Assembly (NCBI RefSeq): GCF_018977255.1
Contig: NW_024704743.1
Location: forward strand, 51,090,001 to 51,154,000
Source of the DNA: Callorhinchus milii
Lineage: Eukaryota
DNA length: 64,000 bases
Reading direction: 5' to 3'
Position 1 is the stretch's first letter, and each line of letters opens with the position of its first letter. This document shows, piece after piece, positions 1 through 13,197 of this stretch. The notes beneath the pieces were generated by a model. The model made no database searches. It saw nothing but the letters and a program-made list of their open reading frames with translations, and had not been told where the DNA came from. The position numbers and the translations under genes were made by a program.

Positions 1-639
1 TGTTCTTATTATTCTGTATATTTCCAAGACTAACAACTATTCATATTCAATGATTTTCCAGTACAAAAGTCTCTTTTTATGTTTAGCATAGATTTTGGCT
101 AATTCTAATGTAAATATGTGGACACAAACAATATATCACTTTTATTACAGTGGACCATTTCAGTAATAAATTGCCAGTAACTGTTAAAGTATTCCACTAT
201 TCTTCCATCTTTCTGTTGATGTGTTGAACACTTTCTTTTTTAACTGCAGAATAAACATACTTTCAATATCCAGTGAAATGTGTTTTTTTGGAATTGTTAC
301 AAAGTAGTGGATTAGACTGATGAATGGCTGGACATGAAGAAGCAGCAATTAAAGATATGGGGTAACTTTTAAGACCTTTAGTTATAAATTATACAAATGT
401 ACCTTCCAAAGACCTAAAATTATTTTACAACATTGGAGTTGATAAAAGAGCTTGAATGGGAGAACAGAAGTGATCTTACATTGGTGAGGGGCTTTTTCTG
501 GGGGTGGGGGGTGTTTGTCAGTCAGGTGTCTGACACATACTGAAATGCATCACTATGCTTCAGAATATCCAAATAATAATCCGTACATTAGGTATAGCGC
601 TTCACAGGATTCAAAGAGACGCTTGTTCCATGGCAGCAG

Positions 640-1380
640 GCTGTATACTCTGCATTTATTTCACATCTCTTCATATTCAATCACACGTTAAATGTTTTAA
701 CTTGTGCAGTCTCTTGGGGGAGTGAGATTAAAGTCTGCTGGTCGCTAACATTACAGAACTTGGGGGCGTGTGCTTACCAAAGGGAATTCCCAGTATATGT
801 GCACATCACAAAGGTTGCCTCAGCAACTAGTGAAAGTGTTCTCCTGAAGTCTCTTTGAACATTTGTCCTTTCTCTGCATATTGTCCTACTCTGCTTAGCA
901 TCGTACGGAAAATTAGATATTTCACTTTTTATAACTTCATCCAGATTGCTTAAAGTGCAGCAGTTCCCCTTGGTGCTCTGATGGTCACAATTGTCCAATT
1001 AAAGCCACTGTAATTGATCAGTAGCATAAGTCTCCTTTTCAGCAGTCAATTTATTGACCTGTTTACAACATCTCTTATCCTAAGAGCTTTTGCTTCACCT
1101 ACAAAGAAGCCTATCAACCCTTCTAGGAGTCGAGACAACTCCCAGCTTTTGCTTTCTTCAGATGTTGCTCATTTGAAATTCACAATTTGCCCTTTGTGAT
1201 TATAAGACAATCTCAACATATAATATTCTCAAACCTGATGTCACCATGGATATTTGCTTGTTTAAACCCCAGCAATGTTTAGGCCTCACTGTGGTCTTTG
1301 ACTTTCCCATTTCTTTACACTCGTTGATCTCCTCTGTACTGCCTCTTGGGAGCCTGGTATCCCCTTATGTTGTTAACGTC
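640..1380 (-). mobile_element. Very degenerate CR1-type LINE ORF2 fragments
   Basis: Scattered minus-strand peptide remnants (e.g. DNCDHQ, resembling the G.SDH end of the AP endonuclease). Weak signal. Confidence 0.3.
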
Positions 1381-1501
1381 GCAGTGGCCAGAGCTGTATG
1401 CATGATTAAAAAGGCTAACGTGTTGAGATGGGGCTCTTCAAGTGGCAGTGAAGAAAATTCTAATAAGGAGACATGCTAGGACATGGTTGAAAGACAACAA
1501 A

Positions 1502-1719
1502 TCGCAATGAGATTCACTAATAGGGACACACAGTCAGTAACAGGGAATTCTGCTGGCATACAGAAGTATATCAAGGCTAGCTTGTTGGATGCCTGCTCCA
1601 AAGTGATGGAAGGTGATCATAGATTTCTCATGCTTTCGGCCATGAAGTAATATACTGACTATTATTGGCAGAATTCACTGTTCTCCAGTCCGCCTCACTA
1701 TTAGTGAATCCTATTGTGA
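1502..1719. repeat. Imperfect inverted repeat (about 50-bp arms), MITE-like hairpin
   Basis: tcgcaatgagattcactaatag...gaattctgc pairs with gcagaattc...ctattagtgaatcctattgtga. Confidence 0.6.
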
Positions 1720-3177
1720 ATCATTGCTTTTGCACCCCAATGCAATTTAATCATTGTAGTAATGGAGGTTCAACAATAAAACTTTAATAAATAGATCACA
1801 CATGACTAAATTACAACTCAAGGCATAATTCACTGACCCCCAAGGCCAATAATCTATTTCAGCAGGTCCTTGCTGTAATACTTACTGGCATACAAAGGCA
1901 ACTGATGCACATTGCTTATGACTGGCTTCTTAGTAACAATGTGAAACAAGTCCAGAGAATACATTTCTCATCAGCTCACATTCTGCAAGACTCCTATAGA
2001 CATTGTAAGGAAAAGACGCTTTTGAGTTTATTATAGAAATAAAAGGCTCATTTTATTATTGATATTTTCAAAGATGATTATGTCACACGAAGACAAGTAG
2101 GAAATGAAATGAGTCAAATACGCAACAGTAACTGGATGCCTAATTATAACTTACTTGTTAAAAGTGAATAGCTGGTGATATTTTTTTACATGGAAGATGC
2201 CTCTAGAGCAGAATTGTCAGGAATAGGTTTGCAGTTTATTTAAAAGTGGAATAAAGACTCCCCCCTGACATGAACCTAACTGAAGCAAAATAATGTGTTT
2301 CTTTCCGTTAAGTGAAATGCTGGAATGACAAAGCTGGGATCTGGTACTCATTGACATCTATTGAAGACCCACAGTCCAAGAACACTCACACTTGTTTGGA
2401 GCATTTAATATCTGATGTATTACAAGAATCATTCCTGTTGTGTTGTCTGCCAGTAGCTCCATTGAGACAATTGGTTACTTTTAAAAGACACATGGTGCAC
2501 GGTGTAATTCTATTTTCTGTCTGACCACAGGAAAGGGAAATGAAATAATTAAACGAAAGAAATAACAAAAAGGGAGGCCTTTCTGCTCTACTACATTTCT
2601 GAGCACTCTTGCTCATCTGTGCAGGGAAGAGGCTGACCAGGGGAAAAAGCAGCACAACCAAGAACAAAAGATGGGTACAGCCCCTGAATGCACCATGTAG
2701 CAAATATAGTTAGTTGTCAGGATTCAACTAGCCAGCCATTTCCTTTTCAAGTAGCAGCACTTCCCTCACCTTGAAAAGCCCTGACTGCTACCACTTTTAC
2801 TGTTGGAATGCTATGCTCTACGCTCTGAGAACCCATTGAAATGAACTGGCATCCGTGCTGTGGATGGTGGGAATTATACAAACTCACATTATTATCCGAA
2901 AGGCCTCTTTTGACCCAAGTGGAATGTTTTGTCATTTTTTCAATCACCATTGTCAAGGAAATGAAACACAAAAGTGAAAATTCAGCAGTAGATGCAGTAT
3001 TTATGATACTGAATATGCTGGAGGTGATCACCACCTTATCCTCTTCTCAATGGTAACATCCGAGAAGCTGGATCTGTCACGCTGGATTTTGCACTGTGGC
3101 TTTTGATAACCGGTTAGAAGGATCCTAGCTTTTAGAGATTTTTGTTTATAAAATGCCTGTATCCAGCTAACATTTCC

Positions 3178-3983
3178 AGAAGGTTTCAAGCCCCACATTG
3201 GGATTTTGGACTTGTAGTCTAGATCAGGGTTGTCCAACCTTTTGGCTGCCGCGGGCCGCATTCCCTATTTGAGTAAGGTCAGTGGGCTGCATCTAGGGTG
3301 GGCCATCCGGCCTGAGACCATTTCCAACATTTCAACCTGTTCCCTCTCTCCCTGCTGAACGTCCTCACAGGGCTGCGACAGGAGCCAGCGGTTGGTTGCT
3401 AAGGACCCGGTTGGGAAGGGACGCGCTTGCCTTCTTGACAGACTGCAGTAAAGGCTGTGCACATTGCATCCTTCTTGCCACTGGCTCCTTCCACTGCTCT
3501 GGAGGACGTTCACCAGGGAGGGAGGGAGTGGAAGTTGGAATGGTGGAAATGGTCTCAGGCCACATAAAATCACCCGCTGGGCTGCTGGCAGCCCCTGTGC
3601 TGCTTGTTGCATCAGGCTGGTCTAGGCTAACGTTCCAGTGCAGTGCTGGGGGTTAGGGGATCAATGCAATGTTGGAGATATTGTCCTTCCAGTGAGAGGT
3701 TAAACCAAGGTCCTGGAGTCTGCCTGATCAGGTAGGAGTTAAAGATCCCATGGCTCTATTTGAAAAGAGAAGGTGGTCTGTCCCGCGGTCCTGTCCAACA
3801 ATCCCCCAAATAAAATTGATCACTCACTCCATGGCTGTTTGTGGGCCATTGCTGTGTACAATTGGCTGCCGTGTTTACCCACAAATACACAATTAATCCA
3901 CTTTACAGTATATCCTATGAAGCACTTTGAGACATTTCAACAACGTCACAAGGCACTATATCAAATACAAGGATTATTATTAT
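3178..3983 (+). mobile_element. Deu-domain SINE (SacSINE1/AmnSINE1-like) interrupted by a hAT MITE
   Basis: Head remnant ggtttcaagccccac, body tctaggctaacgttccagtgcag, Deu core ctgtttgtgggccattgctgtgtacaattggctgcc, tail caaggattattatta. Confidence 0.75.
3225..3619. mobile_element. Non-autonomous hAT-Charlie (MER30-like) MITE
   Basis: Starts CAGGGTTGTCCAACCTTTTGGCTGCCGCGGGCCGCAT. Long internal inverted repeat at 3310-3372/3497-3560. Flanked by gtctagat/gtctaggc, a 6/8-matching 8-bp TSD at an NTCTAGAN-type target. Confidence 0.8.
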
Positions 3984-3985
3984 CA

Positions 3986-4080
3986 TGTGTGTGTGCATGT
4001 GTTTGCATGTGTGTATGTGTGCGCATATGTGCATGTGTGTGTGTGCTTGCATGCGTGCATGTGTGTATGAGCGTGAGAGA
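3986..4080. repeat. Imperfect (TG)n/(CATG)n microsatellite
   Basis: Directly visible at the SINE tail. Confidence 0.9.
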
Positions 4081-4265
4081 AAGGTGGGGTGAAGGGAGGG
4101 GAAGTGTCTACCTCTGGTACATTGTATGTGTTAAATATTGAATGTACTGTTAAATTTATCCCATTGTATGCAGGTGCAGGCATCCTATCTTCAAATGTGT
4201 ATTGAATAGTTAGTGAGGGTTTAGAGAAGAGCAAGAAGAATGATTCAGAAAATTATGACAACATT

Positions 4266-4450
4266 AAAACAGAAATTGCTTGAAGCACATAGCAGGCGAT
4301 CAGAATATGAAAGAGGATACAATAGGTTAACATTCTTTTGTGCATCTCATTAAAATTTACTTCACTGCAATTTGCAGTGTCCTACCCCAAAACATCAACC
4401 TCCTTCTCTTTCAGATCCTGATTGATCTGTTGTGTTTTTTCAACATCTTG
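4266..4450. mobile_element. Old degenerate Penelope-type inverted-repeat remnant
   Basis: aaaacagaaattgcttgaagcacatagcagg... and its inverted counterpart resemble the arms at 10097-10297. Confidence 0.4.
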
Positions 4451-5884
4451 TCAGAATGTGAATTCTCTTGTGTTTTTTTCCTTTAATTTCTCCCTCCAAT
4501 TTTCTCCCCTCCTCAGCTGAAGATTCCTGTCTTATGCTCAGATATTCCACTGGCACCAAATAGTCAATATGTCATCTAAGAGCTTGGACAGTGAGTGCAA
4601 ACAAATTAGTGGCCCTAGTCTTATAGTTTTCTTTTGACATTTACTGCTGTGCACTGCACCAAGGAGTCACTGGATAGAAATCAGGAACAAAAGCACTGGC
4701 TGATTTCTCACCACTTCAACACAATATATGGAGACAATTGTAGCGTCCACACTACCTGGCTAAGATCAGTTAACTCTGCACCAACCAAAGATCAAGCCTT
4801 TCTGGTTTTTACGGCTGAACTCCTCACTGGGCAACGTCTTTACGAATAAAGGCATAAGGTGAGCATGTGAATTGTGTTTTCATGATGGACTAGGGGCCTT
4901 AACTCATTAAAACACTTGGCTATGCCTCAAGCTTTAATCAGCTTTACTCTCCCAATTCCAGTATAAAATACACTGGGATGTTTCATACATCTATAATAGA
5001 ATGGTGAAAATGAATAGGCTTTAAATATTAGAGTACTCAAATTCTCAAGAACAGCTGAATCCTGCCGAATACATAATTCATATGCCAGGAAATATTTTAC
5101 TTGAATCAGGATTAAGCTTGGATCCTGATTTCTGTAAAATGCTGATAAAAGCTGCCAGTTTCATCATCTTTGTGCCATGTTTAATTTATCATTCATTTAG
5201 CTGTCCTGCCTAAACAAAAACAGAAAGTGCATAACAAGAACAGATTCATTCAAAAGAGTGATTTGACTGCTCAAATGTATTGCTGCTGCTTTTCGCACAA
5301 ATTTGGCAAAGAATTGAGTAGATTAAGCAACCCGAGGCATTCTAAACTGGATAACTGAAACATATTTCACTCCTGCAGCAGAATGTTGTGTTTAAGTGTT
5401 ACATTTTGAAAGACATTCCACACAATTGGATTGAACTCAGCATTAAGAGGTTTGGTGCAGTGTGATATTTGGAAAAGATTTCCTCATTGATCAGATGTGT
5501 GTGCTGAGTCTGATCAGTGACTTGACCCAAGTCCGTGTGTCTTATGTGTGTGTCTTATCAATACCATCATTCTTCAGATGTGAGCAACATCGCTATCAGG
5601 CCCTTACTGACATCAACACTCACACACACACTTTACAGCAGTCATCACTGGCTATTGGTCAGAAGCAGGAACCTGGCCTATATCTTTCCTAGAGCACTTT
5701 GGCTGAGATCAGTTATCCCAGCACAAATTATGATTGAAACTGTGGCCTTCCTGATGTGCATTCCTCAGTTACCCGCTGGCCAATACCTTTAACAACTGAG
5801 CTATTACAACAACAAGATTACATTTGTATAGCGCCTTTCACATCGGGAGGACGTCCCAAATCATAATTAAGGGAACATTTGAAC

Positions 5885-6180
5885 TGAAAATCTAGCCTGA
5901 CACTCCAATGCAGTGCTGTGAGAGAGCTGCGCTGTTAGAAGTGCTGACCTTTAGGTAAGATGATAAACTGAGGTCCCATCTGTTTGTTAAGGTGGACATT
6001 AAAGATCCACAACACTATTCAAAAAGGGAAGGGAGTTTATCCCAGACTTCTGGCCAACAGTCCCCCAGATAGAATTGGTCATTTATATCATGGCTGTTTG
6101 TGGAACATTGCTGTGCACAAATTGGCTACTGCACTTGGCTGCAAAAATAAAGTCACTATACTGTTGGTGCTACAGTAAAA
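5885..6180 (+). mobile_element. Deu-domain SINE fragment
   Basis: tctagcctgacactccaatgcagtgctg...ctgtttgtggaacattgctgtgcacaaattggctactgc. Confidence 0.7.
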
Positions 6181-6384
6181 ATTTGCAAAAGTCATATCAG
6201 TTGGGACCATACATTTAATATGACTTACGCAGAGTGTAAGTTGCAGACAAACTTCATATATGACTTGTGCAAAGTTATGTATAAGATGGATTTCATATGA
6301 CTAACATATAGCAAGTACAGTAAACAAGCACAAGGTCCTTGTAACTAACTTGCGTTTAGCTGTACCTGTCCTACCTGAAGCCAT

Positions 6385-6655
6385 GATGATGGGTCAATAC
6401 CTCATTTCCTGTGCTTGTTTCAAAGGAGTACACTGTACTGCGCATGCGCATTCATCACTGCAGACGGTAAGTGCGCATGTAGTGATGATCAATACTTCGT
6501 TTCCCATGCTTGTTTCATACGAAACTCTGCACATGCATACTTCAATGCAGCGGGTAAGTGCACAATTGGTGACAGGTCATGACTTTGCTTCCTATGCTTG
6601 TTTCAAATGGAATACCACGGCGCATGCATTTTTCAATGCAACGGTAAATACGGTT
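6385..6655. repeat. Three diverged tandem units of about 90-97 bp containing GCGCATGC motifs
   Basis: Each unit shares tgcttgtttca...gcatgc...tgca..cggtaa. Perfect TGCGCATGCGCA at 6439-6450. Confidence 0.7.
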
Positions 6656-6671
6656 GCGGTATGGTAAACTG

Positions 6672-8068
6672 GCTCCTCTATCCACCTTCCCATGCCTCGC
6701 CCATTCTCTCCTCAAACTCTGACTGTGAGGAGATACTGGATTTCTTTGAGTCCAAATTCAAGGGGATCCGTTCAGCTGCCTCTGCCCTCCCAACCGCCAC
6801 TCCCTCCCCATCTCCCCTCCACACACCGACCCCTACCCATCCCTCCTTCCATAATTTCAAACCTGTCTCCGCTTTCTCTCTCATCAGCACATTATCCAAC
6901 ATGAAACAGACTACCTGCTTCCTTGATCCCATTCCCACCCCTCTCCTTACATCCCAAATCCACCTTCTCACCTCTCTACTCTCCGACACCATCAATCTCT
7001 CCCTTTCATCTGGCACCATTCCCATCCCCCTAAAAACAGCTCCAATCACCCCCATCCTAAAAATACTTTCCCTGGACCAATCCCTAACTTCTAACTACCA
7101 GCCCTTCTCCAACATCCCTTTTCTTTTAAACATCCTTGAAAAAGTCATTGCTTCCAGCTTCACTCGTTCCTCTCCTACAACTCCCTTCACAAGCCCCACC
7201 TATTGGGTTTCCGTGATGCTCACAGCACAGAAACTGCTCCGGTCAAGGTGACGAACGACATTTTGTCCATCTGTGACCAGGGCTCCCTCTGACCCCTCAT
7301 CCTCCTTGTCCCCTCTGCTGCCTTCAATACCGTGGACCACTCCATCCTCCTCCACTGCTTCTCCTCTAATTTCAACCTTCAAGGTTCTGTCTTTAAATGG
7401 TTCAGGTCTTTTCTCTCACATCATCTCCAGTCTGTCTCTGCCAACGGTTTCTCTTCCAGCCCCCGCACAGTCTTGTGTGGTATTCCTCAGGGCTCTGTCC
7501 TTAGTCCCTTCCTCTTCAACCACTACATGCTTCTCCTTGGTGACATCATCCACAGACATGGGGTCAACTTCCACATGTACACGGATGACACCCAACTATA
7601 TACCTCTGTCTCTAACCTCGATTCCAGGACAACTGACAGATGAGAACCAAGTTTCTACAGTTGAATGTCAGCAAGACAGAGGCCATCCTGATTGACTCGT
7701 GCCAGCGCCTCAGCACCTCAAGCACTGGCAGCATCAGCATCCATTGTTGCCCACTCCACCTCACTGAGCCAGTCAGGAATGTGGGCATCTTATTCAACCC
7801 TCAACTCTCCTTTCTTCCCCATATCCATGCCATGATCCACTCTGCCTTCCCCCACCTCTGCAACATTGTCCAACTCTGCCACTGCCTCACTACTCAGACC
7901 GCCGAAACCCTCATACATGCATTCGTCACCTCAAGGCTCGACTACAGAAATGCCCTCCTTGTCGGCCTCCCCAACTCATCCCTCCACAAACTGCAGATCA
8001 TCCAGAACTCTGCAGCTCACGGCCTCTCCCACACCAGGCTCAGTGACCCCATCACCCCCACCCTCGGG
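6672..8068 (+). mobile_element. L2-clade LINE ORF2 (reverse transcriptase) fragment, frameshifted and truncated at both ends
   Basis: Peptides [66 protein letters not shown]. Confidence 0.95.
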
Positions 8069-9903
8069 TGCATGTACAACTTAGGACGATTATATGATTG
8101 ATAAAAAGACAACTTGTGTGAGTTTTACTGTATAAATTAAATGCAAGACTTATTATTAACTTTATTTTAAAGATATTTAAAGAGCTTTTTAAATTAAAAT
8201 ATTTGCACAACTGTGCACAAATCAAAAGAAAGGTGGGGGAAAGCCTTTTGAAGAAAGAATGAACAGACAGAAAATAACTGTCAAAGATTATTATGTCTAT
8301 TATTATTTTAGATATAAGGCACCATACAAATGTAATTTGTTGCTGTTGTTGTTGATATTAGGTTGTATGATACAGTAGAAGACAATGTGAGCACCAGTAA
8401 AATTACCATCAGGAACCCCATAGTCGACCTGCAAGCATTCTGAAAGGAGAAAATCGGGGCTATCATCATTCTGTTCTAACCTGATGTGACATTAGAAAGA
8501 GTTGATCCTCACTGATCATTGTCCACTGGTGTCACTTACTGAGGACAAAAGGCCACTGATGTCAATTAGCGGGCAATTGTGAAACTTCTTTCCAACATGT
8601 GACAGGACTTCAGCCAATAGTCATTCACTTAAAAGCTATAAATAATCAATAATATGCTTCATGCTGTGTTATGTTTGTAGATTATTTAATGTGAATAGAA
8701 GGTTGTTGTTTTATTTTTAATAATTGAACAAATTTCTCAGTGTAATTCGTAGCAATTGCAATGTTTGAAATGCAAACACCTTCCTTCTCTTTATTTCCTG
8801 TTCAATAGAAATGTCAAAAGGGTATACAATGTATCTGTTAGTTGATACTGCACTATATGGATCCATTTAGGTCACATTGTGCTCATTAATCAAACTTAGA
8901 AGAAAATTACTCAAGTCTTTATCTCATTAACCCTTTCTCTCCCCAGAAGTGTAAGGCATATCAATTATTTTTCAACGAGAATTCAAAGCCCTAAGAAAAG
9001 GTCAGTGATAAAGTCAGGATATTTATAGATTATTTGATCCTATGACTTTCAGCTGTGAAGTCAAACAAACAATGTTATGTTCAGCTGAATTGAAATGTCA
9101 AAAGGATATGTTAGTTGATTAAGGTAGCCAAACTCCATGCATGTACCCAGTGCATGACATGGTACATGGTAGAGGCTGTACAATTGCTTTGGTATTGATG
9201 ACAAATCTTTCCTTAGTGCTTCCACAATGTGCTAGTGGACAAAAGGCATGACCAATATACCATTACACCATGAGACAAGAATCCTTGCACTTGCTATGCT
9301 GCCCATAATTTTGAAATAGGTGCTTTACAGGCTCAGCGAGCTCCGGCCTGCTCCATGTTTCCCATCCGACCCGCTCTTCCATCGCAACCTTGTGATCCAG
9401 ATGCAAGAATGCCACCAACGGAGCCAAACTGCCCAGTGCATTGCAGGTGCAAGTTAGTTCAACTCAGACAGGGTAGGAATAGACATGCAAAAATACCCGC
9501 TTTGCTAGAAAGGAGAAATTCAGTTGTGTCTCCTGGTTCTGATAAGAATCCAGTAATCCCTTCTGAGAAAGTTATTATAAATGGAATACTGAATAGTCTG
9601 CTGAGAATGCCCACACATGAAGAATAGATACACGGGCATGCAATCAGAGTGTGTCTCACGTGTCCATGGAACTGCATAGTAACAACAACCATTTCACAGC
9701 AAGAAGTGCGATTGTTTTGAGAAGGTAGAACATTGGCAAAATATTTTTGTTTTAGTAAAACAACTCCACTTTGTGTGGCTCCATATCTCATTGTCTGGAA
9801 AAACAACAATTTTTGATTTGTTTTAAACTGCCTTTGAATTTTGAAGTGATCAAGTTGTGAAACAAATCACTTTGAAAAAATGATGTCTTAAAAATACTTT
9901 TAA

Positions 9904-10753
9904 CCGGTAGCCTCGATGGTTAAGCGAACAGAGCTGCATCATACAGACCAGGAGTTCACTGGTTCATAATCCTGGGCTGTGCTGAGTTCACTGGTTTCAA
10001 CTGGGGCTGAAGGAGCGGGAGGGGAGTGGGCTCCAGCCTTCCCAGGGTTAGGGAAGGGAAACAAAACGCAAAGTAGTGCAGATGCTGGAAATCTAAAACA
10101 AAAACAGAAGTCGCTGGGAACACTCAGCAGGTCAGGCAGCTTCTATGGAGAAAGAAAAGTGAGTCAACGTTTCGGGTCCACGACCCTTTGTCAGAAGGGT
10201 TCTAACAAAGGGTCGTGGACCCGAAACGTTGACACTTTCCTTTCTCCATAGATGCTGCCTGACCTGCTGAGTGTTCCCAATGACTTTTGCTTTTGTTAGG
10301 GAAGGAAAGGCCTGCAAGGATGACTAATTTTGCTTCCTTTATAGGGCAATCGGGTGAGGAGAGGTCCAAGCTCGGCTTCGATTCCCTCTACAGTCGAGAT
10401 ACACTGCTGAAGCTCACATATGAAAAGCCGCCACTTCGGTGGGGTACAGGAGAGCAACCAGCAAAAGTGGAACCACACCCAGCAAGAGGAGGCCAGACCA
10501 AGTCCAGAGGGATAATACCAGTGGCAAAGATAATTGGTGAAATAGGAAATAAGATAATAATCCCTCAAAAAAACAATAATAATTTGGTCATTTCAATCCA
10601 CGACTGTTTGTGAGAACACTGCTGTGCGGAATTGGCTGCCGCATTTCGGCCACAAATATAGTTAAATCACTTTATGGTCTATTCTGTGAAGCGCTTTAAG
10701 ACGTCGAGAAGATGTGAAAAGTGCTATATCAAATGCAAGGATTATTATTATTA
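9904..10753 (+). mobile_element. Composite tRNA-derived SINE with Deu core and L2-type tail, hosting a Penelope-type insert
   Basis: Head ggtagcctcgatggttaagc...ggttcataatcc, Deu core near 10600-10650, tail tgcaaggattattatta. Confidence 0.7.
10062..10297. mobile_element. Palindromic Penelope-like (pLTR-derived) element with two degenerate hammerhead motifs
   Basis: Inverted arms of about 100 bp (10097-10196/10200-10297) around a 3-nt loop. Contains CT(G/A)ACAA-A-GGGTC-GTG-GACCC-GAAACGTT on each strand. Flanked by the direct repeat gttagggaagg. Confidence 0.8.
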
Positions 10754-11104
10754 ATTGGACCTAGTAACATTTTGATGCATATCAGTGGGTTGTTTACATC
10801 ACTAACTTGTAAATGATTGAAATAATCAAACCTGTAACGTAAAGAAAAATTCACATAAAGTCCTATTTTAGGAATATATTTTGGGTTCACTTCTTGCATT
10901 GTTAGAGTGCTTCTGAAAAGGGGTTGTTTTGGAACCTACATATAATTTCCTTAATAAAAATAGATTTATTGTGATCTCACTCTCCTTTGTTCCCTTTATG
11001 GACCACATCCAGCCTCACAAAGATTACCAGCTGTAAACATCAGAAAATGGCACACATTATATCCATGTCTGTGAGAAATGGGATGGTCAGTACTGTATGA
11101 AATC

Positions 11105-11270
11105 ATAACTTTAGATAATTAGATATATTTGGGGGGAGGGTATGTTTGCAGGGCTATAGGGAGAGTGCGGGTGAGTGGGATTGAATTGGATAGCTCTTTT
11201 CAAAGAGCCAGCACACACACGATGAGCCAAATGGCTTTCTTCTGTGCTGTATAATTCTATGATTCTATGA
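11105..11270 (+). mobile_element. CR1 LINE 3' end
   Basis: gatgagccaaatggctttcttctgtgctgta followed by an (ATTCTATG)n tail. Confidence 0.85.
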
Positions 11271-13197
11271 ACTTCGTATCATAAAAACACAAGCAAAAAG
11301 CTAGCTATTACCTTCTTAAATAGCCAACATTAGAGGCCTAATTTCTACAATTACAGATTCGTAAGTTACTGAATATGTATTTCTAGAGCAATTCTGTGCT
11401 ATACCACTCTTTGCACTGACATTCTGAAGCTGGTCACCTGTTTGACTTGCACATCAAAGCTTTTGACTGCTGACTATCATGGCCAAGGCTTTGCTAAAAC
11501 TCATGTTAATCCACAATCCTGCTGACCACGAGGCTAAAGCTATGATCCGATTTAAGCACCTTTGCACGCCCTGCCAACCTGAAAGACACTATATAAATGT
11601 AAATTTGTGTTGTACTGTATTGTAAATTAGAAGACAATGTGTGACTCAGTTTCTGGACAATATCTGGTGGGAGAGAGGGGAGATCCATCCTGTACATCAT
11701 TCATATGTGAATTGTAAGGAATTTCCTAATTTGACCACAAGCTTCCTGCATCCTCAGAATTTATTTAGTCTACGCATATATACCTAATAATTATTCTCTC
11801 TTGTATAGACTCAATAGTAAACCTGGCAAAAGGAAGAAAGTATGTTTCTTGCAGATTTTAACATTTTTTAAATAAGTCATTTCTAAATGTGTTCCCCACT
11901 TTATCTGANTTTTTCCCAAAGATTGGGAAGTGGTGTCACAAACACGTGGCTACACAAAGCATCTGTTTACATTAGTAATGTAATTGCAGTGATAATAAGG
12001 TCATTGATTTAGTATCTGAGGAAATAATCAGTCAGAGGACAGCATTTGTCTTGCTTTATTTGACAAGTCAGCCCTCTCCTCTGAATGGGAACGCCAGTTC
12101 CTTTTCATTGTCCCTCTGGAGTGGGCCACTAGGCCTTGAGTATAGTGTTTGCTATGCCAGGAAAGTATGACAGATAGCAAAGGGACAAACACTAGTACAT
12201 CAGTGGCCCATGGCTGACACACTTAGAAGAAAACAAACCAAAGCGCTGGTTTGTTTACCTGGCCATAATCTTAACTCATTGTTTTACTGTGTTAAACACT
12301 GAATCTTTCTTCACGCAGCTGCCTGTTTGCCAAGCTGTTGTTCTTTTTCACAATTAGGAGTGAAAAGTGAAGGCCACTGGTATAATAGGACATATGGAAG
12401 AATGAATTGACAAGGAATTGACTTGCCAAAAACAATGTCGACACTTGCCTCCTCCTTCCCTCACCTCTCATTTGTTTCTGGCTTCCAGTCATTGTCTGTT
12501 TATCAGGTCACATTACCCAATTCAACAACTTGCATTAATATAGTGCTTTTCATGTAGGATAATATCTTGGAACACATTTCTTTCCAGAGGACAGTATTTT
12601 ATATATCCAAATACCCTAAAAGAAGATGCACAAAGCTTACAGTCCCTGGGTCTCTACTCATATTTTGCCACAAGGATGAGTTGCTGAACTCAAAGTGGGA
12701 ATTTGAATTTTGCCCTAGCTGGTCCATTTCTTTAAAAAAGAACTGGCATGTTAACAGAGATAAATTTCTTCCTCTCTGAGGATGCTCCTAAGATGTGAAA
12801 ACATTATTCAACTAGCACTAGTAAGTGAGATTAATAAAAAATGTAACTTAGAAAGTCAGCAATGTCAAAGGCACATTGAATGCTTTGATGAGCCTTCTTG
12901 TGCTGAAATGTTCTGCTTCTAAATTAGACGCAGCTTTCAAATTTAGATTGAATTTAACATTGTTTTCCAAATTCTACTCAATCTTACATTGTAAGAAAAT
13001 GGCTTTAAAAGCTACAAATTTCATGCCTCTTTTACTTTAATAATATAAAATGGCAGGAAGCACCCATATCCTAAACTACATTACAATCGGAATCATAATT
13101 TTAACAGTGTTCTGATTTTGTTTTTTCCCATTGCATGTACTTTTCTAAAAATGTGTTTGATAATTTTTGTATTATTCAAGGTGAGGGATGTGAAATG

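Noticed and set aside
3773..4234. CV-rich and HT-rich ORFs
   Set aside because: They are translations of the TG/CA microsatellite and the adjacent SINE.
6598..7251. 217-aa ORF as a cellular gene
   Set aside because: It is a frameshifted piece of L2 ORF2.
11909..11909. Single N base
   Set aside because: Assembly ambiguity, not a biological feature.
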